Assembly (NCBI GenBank): GCA_963704685.1
Contig: OY969930.1
Coordinates: 1,245,423-1,309,422, forward strand
Length of the DNA: 64,000 nt
Direction of reading: 5' to 3'
Source: an uncultured Actinomycetota bacterium
GTDB taxonomy: Bacteria > Actinomycetota > Actinomycetes > Propionibacteriales > Nocardioidaceae
The position numbers and the translations under genes are program-made. Positions 57,554 through 64,000 of this stretch are shown one piece after another; positions within the stretch are counted from its first letter, which is position 1, and each line of letters begins with the position of its first letter. The notes beneath the pieces are model-generated. The model had not been told where the DNA came from, did not search any database, and saw nothing but the letters and a program-made list of their open reading frames with translations.

Positions 57554-58648
57554 TCAGGCGCTGCCGCCGCGGATCCGGGACGCCTTCTGGTTCGAACGTC
57601 GGGAGATCCGCCAGCCCGCCCAGGCGAAAGCACCGATCGGGATCGGAAGCCAGAACGAGAACAGCCGGTACAGCAGGGTGCCGATGACGGCGGTGTCGGT
57701 GGGGATGCCGATCAGGACCAGCATCCCCGTGAGGCCGATGTCCACGACGCCGACGCCGCCGGGAGTGATCGGGACGATCGCGAGGGCCTGTGCGACGACG
57801 AAGGCGAGCAGGACCTCGGCAGGTCGGGCGTGCGCTCCGAAGGCGACGAGCGCTGCGATCAGGGAGGCGAAGTCGAACATCCGGCTCGCGGCCATCGCGA
57901 ACACCGAGCGGAACCAGCGACCACGGAAGGCGTCGGCGATCCTCTCGCGCTGTGCCAGGAGTCCGTCGGCGACGCCGGCTGGTGTCACCTTCCGACGGAC
58001 CAGGTGCACGACGGCTCCGATCCCTCGTCCGGTCGCAGCGACCCCCCGGGGCCAGCTGAGTGCGGTGACCCCGATCGTGACGATGACGGCAGCCAGGATC
58101 ACCGACATGACCAGGCCCAGCTGGAGCTGTCGGGCCGGCGGCGGTCCGATGATCAGTGCCGGGATGGTGAGGACCGGCAACAGGAAGAGGACGGCGTTGT
58201 TGAGCAGACCGATGGCGGTCAGGCCCGACGCGACCGCCTGTGGGGGCTGACCGTCGTCGATCAGGACCTTGGCCTGGACCATCCCTCCTGCGGCGCCGCC
58301 GCCGGGAAGGATCTTGGCTGCAGCGCTTCCGGCCAGCTGTGCGGTTGCGGTCGTACCCCATCCGAGCCGCCGCACGTCGTCGTGCGCGTCGTCCCCGCCG
58401 GGCTGCGCCGGGTCGCGACGGGTCGGTGCGAGCGCCAGCTTCGTCAACCACCAGAGCGTCACCAGCCGACCGAGCTGGAGGCCCGCGAGGACGAAGAACC
58501 AGGGGACGTCGACCAGCGCGAGCTGCGGCCAGGCCGCGAACATCGTCAGCAGGCTCGGTGCGACGATGTAGAGACCGACGCCGGTGATCGTCAGGCCGAC
58601 CGCTCGTCCACCCCACCGCCGAACGAGGGCACTGCGTGAGGGTGCCAT
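57554..58648 (-). CDS. Lysylphosphatidylglycerol synthase TM-region / UPF0104 flippase-like protein
   Basis: Multi-TM; PITPGGVGVVD, LLYRLFSFWLPIPIG. Confidence 0.85.
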   Translation of the reverse strand: MAPSRSALVRRWGGRAVGLTITGVGLYIVAPSLLTMFAAWPQLALVDVPWFFVLAGLQLGRLVTLWWLTKLALAPTRRDPAQPGGDDAHDDVRRLGWGTTATAQLAGSAAAKILPGGGAAGGMVQAKVLIDDGQPPQAVASGLTAIGLLNNAVLFLLPVLTIPALIIGPPPARQLQLGLVMSVILAAVIVTIGVTALSWPRGVAATGRGIGAVVHLVRRKVTPAGVADGLLAQRERIADAFRGRWFRSVFAMAASRMFDFASLIAALVAFGAHARPAEVLLAFVVAQALAIVPITPGGVGVVDIGLTGMLVLIGIPTDTAVIGTLLYRLFSFWLPIPIGAFAWAGWRISRRSNQKASRIRGGSA

Positions 58649-58873
58649 CTACTTCGGGGTCTTGCGGAGGATCTTCAGGCCGAGCAGCCCCAGCACCACG
58701 CCGATCGCGATGTCCACGACGATCAGCACCGAGTGGGCGACGTAGTAGCCACCGGGCCGGTCCTCACCTGCCGCGTGGGAGGCGGCGAGATTCTTGATGA
58801 ACGTGCCCCAGACGAAGAAGTTCCAGACGGCGATGCCGACCAGCAGCCAGCCGTGCTTGCGTTCGAGCTTCAT
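58649..58873 (-). CDS. Small membrane protein (SCO4848-like)
   Basis: WNFFVWGTFIKNL..YYVAHSVL; ATGA overlap with YihY. Confidence 0.8.
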   Translation of the reverse strand: MKLERKHGWLLVGIAVWNFFVWGTFIKNLAASHAAGEDRPGGYYVAHSVLIVVDIAIGVVLGLLGLKILRKTPK

Positions 58874-59910
58874 GAGTCCTTCCGGGTGAGCTTGCGTGCG
58901 GCGGCCACCAGGCCGAGCGTGCTGACCGCGCCGGCGGCGTACGGCGCGACCCAGGCGGGCGAGCCGTTCCCGGCGCCCGGTCGGGCCTCGAGCGGCGGCG
59001 AGGGCGGGCCCTCCACCGGGGTGGGCTCGACCATCGGTCGGGCGGCGCGGGCGGCGGCCGACGTGTGCGCCCAGGCTGCGGTGTAGAGGATCAACCGGGA
59101 GAAGTAGTTGATCCAGACCAGCAGGATCAGCGCGATCCCGAACGCCTGGAATGCGGGACTGCCCTGGGTCGAGCTGATCAGGAGGGTCGAGAGCTGCTTG
59201 AGGACCTCGAAGGCGATCGCGCCCATCAGCGCCCCCGACCACAACGAGCGTCGCGGCGTGTCGGGTCGGGCCAGCAGCACGTACATCGTGAAGAACAGGA
59301 GCATGTTGGCCAGGAAGCCGAAGACGACTGTCAGCAGCTTGACCAGCAAGCCCAGGTCGGCATTGATCCCGACCCAGTCGAGCACCACGTCGGTGAAGCC
59401 GCCGACCAGCCCCGCCACCGCGACCGAGACGAGCAGGATGACGCCGATCAGGGTCAGGGCGACCAGGTCACGGAGCTTGCCGAAGACGAAGTTGGGCTGC
59501 TCGCGCCGAGGGCGCTCGAAGACGACCATCAGGGCGTCCCGCAGCGCGGAGAGCCAGCCCAGCCCGGAGTAGAGCAGCACCAGGAGGCCGACGATCCCGA
59601 GGGTCGTGGCTGCGTCCTGGATCTGGGCGATCTGGATCTGCCCTTCCTTGGACCCGACCAGGTCCGGCATCAGCCGGTTGAGCGCGTCGGTCAGGTCGGC
59701 CACGGCGTCCTTGTAGACCTTGGCGACCCAGCCGACCACGAAGAACGCCAGCGCCAGGATCGGGAAGAACGACAAGAACGCGAAGTAGGTGACCGCACCG
59801 GCCTGCTGGCCGGCCTTGACGGCTCCGTAGTGCTCCTGCATCCGCACCAGGTGGTCGATGAACGGCCGCCGCTCGCGGACCGCCGCGATCCGCTCCTTGA
59901 CCGAGGGCAT
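58870..59910 (-). CDS. YihY/BrkB family membrane protein
   Basis: AGAVTYFAFLSFFP, LLYSGLGW..LR, GALMGAIAFE, FG..LLVWIN. Confidence 0.9.
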   Translation of the reverse strand: MPSVKERIAAVRERRPFIDHLVRMQEHYGAVKAGQQAGAVTYFAFLSFFPILALAFFVVGWVAKVYKDAVADLTDALNRLMPDLVGSKEGQIQIAQIQDAATTLGIVGLLVLLYSGLGWLSALRDALMVVFERPRREQPNFVFGKLRDLVALTLIGVILLVSVAVAGLVGGFTDVVLDWVGINADLGLLVKLLTVVFGFLANMLLFFTMYVLLARPDTPRRSLWSGALMGAIAFEVLKQLSTLLISSTQGSPAFQAFGIALILLVWINYFSRLILYTAAWAHTSAAARAARPMVEPTPVEGPPSPPLEARPGAGNGSPAWVAPYAAGAVSTLGLVAAARKLTRKDS

Positions 59911-59914
59911 CGCC

Positions 59915-60439
59915 TCAGCGCCCCGAGTCAGCCTGTAGCGGGAAGTCTCGGGTCGGCTGCCAGCCGACCTGCTCGTCGTGGGTGTAGAGGTGGAAGGAGT
60001 CGACGTCGAACTCGCACTCGAAGTCCGACAGCTCGCGGAAGGCCCGGTCAAGGAGCGGGTCCTCCAGGTGATGCGCGATGGTGACGTGCGGGTGGTAGGG
60101 GAAGTCGAGCGGGACGTCCAGCGGCCCTCGTCGGACGGCCTTGGCGAGCTGCTCGCACTGGGAGATGCCCTCGACGAGGGTCACGAACACCACTGGTGAC
60201 ACCGGGCGGAAGGTGCCCGTGCCGCGCAGGTGCACGCAGTAGCTGCCGACCTCGGTGGCCGCCTCCTCGAGGTGCTTCTCCACCTCGGCGAAGTCGTGGT
60301 CACCGAGCTCGGTCGGAGGGACCAACGTGATGTGGGTGGGGATCCGCGACGCGGTGAGGTCGCCCACGGCCGTGCGGTAGTCCTGGAGCTCAGTGGCCCA
60401 GGGCTCCGGGATCGCGACGGCAACGCCAATGGTGGGCAC
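59915..60439 (-). CDS. 2H phosphoesterase (2'-5' RNA ligase family)
   Basis: Two HxT motifs: HITL and HVTI. Confidence 0.9.
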   Translation of the reverse strand: MPTIGVAVAIPEPWATELQDYRTAVGDLTASRIPTHITLVPPTELGDHDFAEVEKHLEEAATEVGSYCVHLRGTGTFRPVSPVVFVTLVEGISQCEQLAKAVRRGPLDVPLDFPYHPHVTIAHHLEDPLLDRAFRELSDFECEFDVDSFHLYTHDEQVGWQPTRDFPLQADSGR

Positions 60440-60448
60440 GTCTCGACC

Positions 60449-61492
<1,044 letters not shown>

Positions 61493-61563
61493 TCAGACCC
61501 GGTTCACACCGCCCGGGGTCAACCCGGTTGCCGGGCCGCCGGCGACCTTGGCAGGGTGCGACC

Positions 61564-62664
61564 ATGCCCGACACCTCAGTGCCCGTCCTGACCGACGGCG
61601 TGGTCAGCCTGCGGCCCCACCGAGCCGCCGACGTCCCCGGCGTCTTCGAGCAGTCGCAGGACCCGACGTCGCAGCGCTGGACGGTGATCCCGGTGCCCTA
61701 CACGATGGCCGACGCCGAGAGCTTCGTCGGCTCCGTGATCCCCCAGTGCTGGGTCGACGGCACCGAGTGGGTCTTCGCGATCGAGGCCGACGGCAGGTAC
61801 GCCGGCACCATCTCGTTGCGTCCGGAGGGCCACGGTCGCGCCAACGTCGGCTACGGCTCCCACCCGTGGGTGCGGGGCACGGGGTATGTCGAGCGCGCAC
61901 TGCGACTGCTACTCGACTGGGGCTTCTCGAGCCAGGGGCTGCGGACCGTGATCTGGTGGGCGCACGTGGGCAACTGGGCCTCCCGCAGGCTCGCCTGGCG
62001 TCTCGGCTTCACCGTCGAGGGGTCGGTGCGCCAGTGGCAGCCGCAGCGCGGCGAGCTGAAGGATGCCTGGGTCGGCACCCTGCTTCGCGACGATCCTCGC
62101 TCCCCGACGTCGACCTGGCTGGACTGCCCGGTGGTCGAGGGCGACCGGGTCCGGCTGCGCCCACTCCGGACGGACGACGTGCCTCGCATCGTGGAGGGCA
62201 TCGGTGACGCAGACACGCAGTACTGGTTGGCCTTCATGCCCCGCGACCCCTCGCCCGAGGACGCAGCCGCCTACCTGCAGACCGCGCAGGAGCGGCTCGC
62301 GACCGCCCACACGATCACCTGGGGCTTCAGCGCCATCGACGACGACCGCTTGCTCGGGGTGGTCGGGCTCTACCGCCTCCGGGAGGAGCCCGAGGTCGGC
62401 TACTGGAGCCACCCGGACGCCCGCGGCCGTGGGCTCACCACCAGCGCCGTCGGCCTGGCCCTCTCCCACGCGTTCGGACCGCTCGGGCTGGACCGGGTGG
62501 CGGCGTACGCGTCCGCGCCCAACACCGCCTCGCGGCGCGTGCTGGAGGCCCACGGCTTGCGACCCGCGGGCGTACGGCGTCGCGCAGCCCGCACCGGCGA
62601 CGGGACCCTGGTGGACCTGGCCGGCTACGACCTGCTGGCGGAGGAGTTCTCCTCGCGCCGCTGA
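61564..62664 (+). CDS. Tandem GNAT (RimJ/RimL-like) acetyltransferase
   Basis: Two GNAT repeats: VGY..HPWVRGTG..NWASRR and VGYWSHPDARGRG..NTASRR. Confidence 0.88.
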   Translation: MPDTSVPVLTDGVVSLRPHRAADVPGVFEQSQDPTSQRWTVIPVPYTMADAESFVGSVIPQCWVDGTEWVFAIEADGRYAGTISLRPEGHGRANVGYGSHPWVRGTGYVERALRLLLDWGFSSQGLRTVIWWAHVGNWASRRLAWRLGFTVEGSVRQWQPQRGELKDAWVGTLLRDDPRSPTSTWLDCPVVEGDRVRLRPLRTDDVPRIVEGIGDADTQYWLAFMPRDPSPEDAAAYLQTAQERLATAHTITWGFSAIDDDRLLGVVGLYRLREEPEVGYWSHPDARGRGLTTSAVGLALSHAFGPLGLDRVAAYASAPNTASRRVLEAHGLRPAGVRRRAARTGDGTLVDLAGYDLLAEEFSSRR

Positions 62665-63857
62665 AGTGACGCCGAGAAGAGCAGCACGGCAACGCCGACG
62701 ACGGACAGCGCAGCGCCCACCAGAGCAGGGGCACGGTAGCCGTGGCCGGCGGCGATGACGACGCCGCCGAGCCACGCGCCCAGCGCGTTGGCCAGGTTGA
62801 GCGAGGCGTGGTTCATGGCCGCGCCGAGGGTCTGCGCCTCGCCGGAGACCGACATCAGCCGCAGCTGGAGGTTGACCACCAGCACCGACCCGATCGCGGT
62901 CACCAGGAAGACGGCGGGCAGCAGCCACCACCCGTGGGGCGCGGCGGCCCACACGACCAGCATCGTCAGCCCGGAGCCGATGCCGGCCATGATCAGCGAG
63001 CGGAAGACCGACCACTCGGCCAGCCGCCCGGCGAGCCAGGTGCCGAACACCATGCCCACACCGAAGGCGGCGGTGAAGAACGGGACCGCCGAGTCCGACA
63101 GGCCGGCGACGTCGGTGACGGTCGGGGCGATGTAGGAGTACACCGCGAAGAGCCCGCCGAACCCGACCGCGCCGGCGAGCAGCGTCAGCAGGGCCTGGGG
63201 GTTGCGGAAGAAGAGCAGCTCACGGCGACCCGTCGCAGACGGGTTGCCCGGCGTCGCGGGCACGAAGACCAGCAGCATCAGGATCGTGAGCACCGAGAGG
63301 GCGGCCGTCGAGAGGTACGCCGTACGCCAGCCGGCCGCCTGGCCGAGCCAGGTGGCCAGCGGGACGCCGATCACGTTGGCGACCGAGAGGCCGAGCATCA
63401 CGCTGGCGACCGCGCGACCGCGCCGCTCCGGCGGAGCCATGCTGGCGGCGACGAGAGCGGCCACCCCGAAGTAGGCGCCGTGCGGCAGACCGTCGAGGAA
63501 GCGGGCGACGACCAGCGCGCCGTAGCTGGTCGCCAGGGCGCTCATCACGTTGAAGAGGGCATAGGCGCCCATCAGCCCGACCAGCAGACCCTTGCGCGGC
63601 AGCTTGGCCCCGAAGACCGCGATCACCGGCGCGCCGACGACCACGCCGACCGCGTACGCCGAGATGAAGTGCCCGGCGGTCGGGATCGAGACACCGACGC
63701 CGGCGGCGATCTGGGGCAGCAGCCCCATCGTCACGAACTCCGTGGTGCCGATCGTGAAGCCGCCGAGCGCGATCGCCAGCGTCGCCCAGCGGACCGTGCT
63801 CGGCAGGTGCCGGGACGTGGTCTCCTGAGTGGCAGAGGCGGCTGCAGTCGTCGTCAT
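62625..63857 (-). CDS. MFS transporter (DHA1/AraJ-like)
   Basis: GTTEFVTMGLLP, ISAYAVGVVVGAP, RFLDGLPHGAYFG, ANVIGVP; 3' end overlaps the GNAT gene by 40 bp. Confidence 0.92.
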   Translation of the reverse strand: MTTTAAASATQETTSRHLPSTVRWATLAIALGGFTIGTTEFVTMGLLPQIAAGVGVSIPTAGHFISAYAVGVVVGAPVIAVFGAKLPRKGLLVGLMGAYALFNVMSALATSYGALVVARFLDGLPHGAYFGVAALVAASMAPPERRGRAVASVMLGLSVANVIGVPLATWLGQAAGWRTAYLSTAALSVLTILMLLVFVPATPGNPSATGRRELLFFRNPQALLTLLAGAVGFGGLFAVYSYIAPTVTDVAGLSDSAVPFFTAAFGVGMVFGTWLAGRLAEWSVFRSLIMAGIGSGLTMLVVWAAAPHGWWLLPAVFLVTAIGSVLVVNLQLRLMSVSGEAQTLGAAMNHASLNLANALGAWLGGVVIAAGHGYRAPALVGAALSVVGVAVLLFSASLQRREENSSASRS

Positions 63858-63926
63858 GCGGGCGGGAGACCCTTCCGGTCGTGGGTTTCGGACACGGCTG
63901 ACGGCGTACGCAGCACTCCCAGTGTG

Positions 63927-63954
63927 CAACCAACCGGTCCGTCGTCGCTATTCC
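63927..63954 (-). promoter_or_regulatory. SigH/SigR-like promoter upstream of the MFS gene
   Basis: GGAAT-N19-GTTG on the minus strand. Confidence 0.5.
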
Positions 63955-64000
63955 ACGACAGGCTCCTGTGACGAGGATCTCCGCAGCGTGGATCAGCCCG

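Overview
High-GC actinobacterial chromosome segment, most consistent with a Nocardioides-like organism (inferred from gene content, codon style and promoter architecture). The backbone is a conserved actinobacterial region. It runs lpd, gamma-glutamylcyclotransferase, a nucleoside salvage/catabolism cluster (punA, phosphosugar mutase, deoC, two aldehyde dehydrogenase genes, kinase, add, deoA, cdd, BMP-type ABC importer), an M20 amidohydrolase, then meaB-mutB-mutA behind a 1839-aa single-chain biotin carboxylase, two different succinate dehydrogenase operons, and YihY, a 2H phosphoesterase and trpS. Accessory pieces are inserted into it. The most striking (2056-3269) is a lone AbiEi-wHTH plus Vsr/DUF559-like nuclease gene enclosed by mirror-arranged double palindromes (A-B-gene-B-A), with a perfect DnaA box just upstream. 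It looks like a REP-bounded, transposase-free mobile or selfish unit. Other notable items are a LexA-box-controlled DUF222-HNH gene next to a REP-like repeat, a small secreted protein with an aerolysin/ETX-like beta-hairpin pattern, a truncated second ALDH chain, a small Zn-ribbon ORF and pervasive leaderless promoters. I saw no rRNA, tRNA, CRISPR array or transposase. All family calls come from motif recognition by eye, not database searches.
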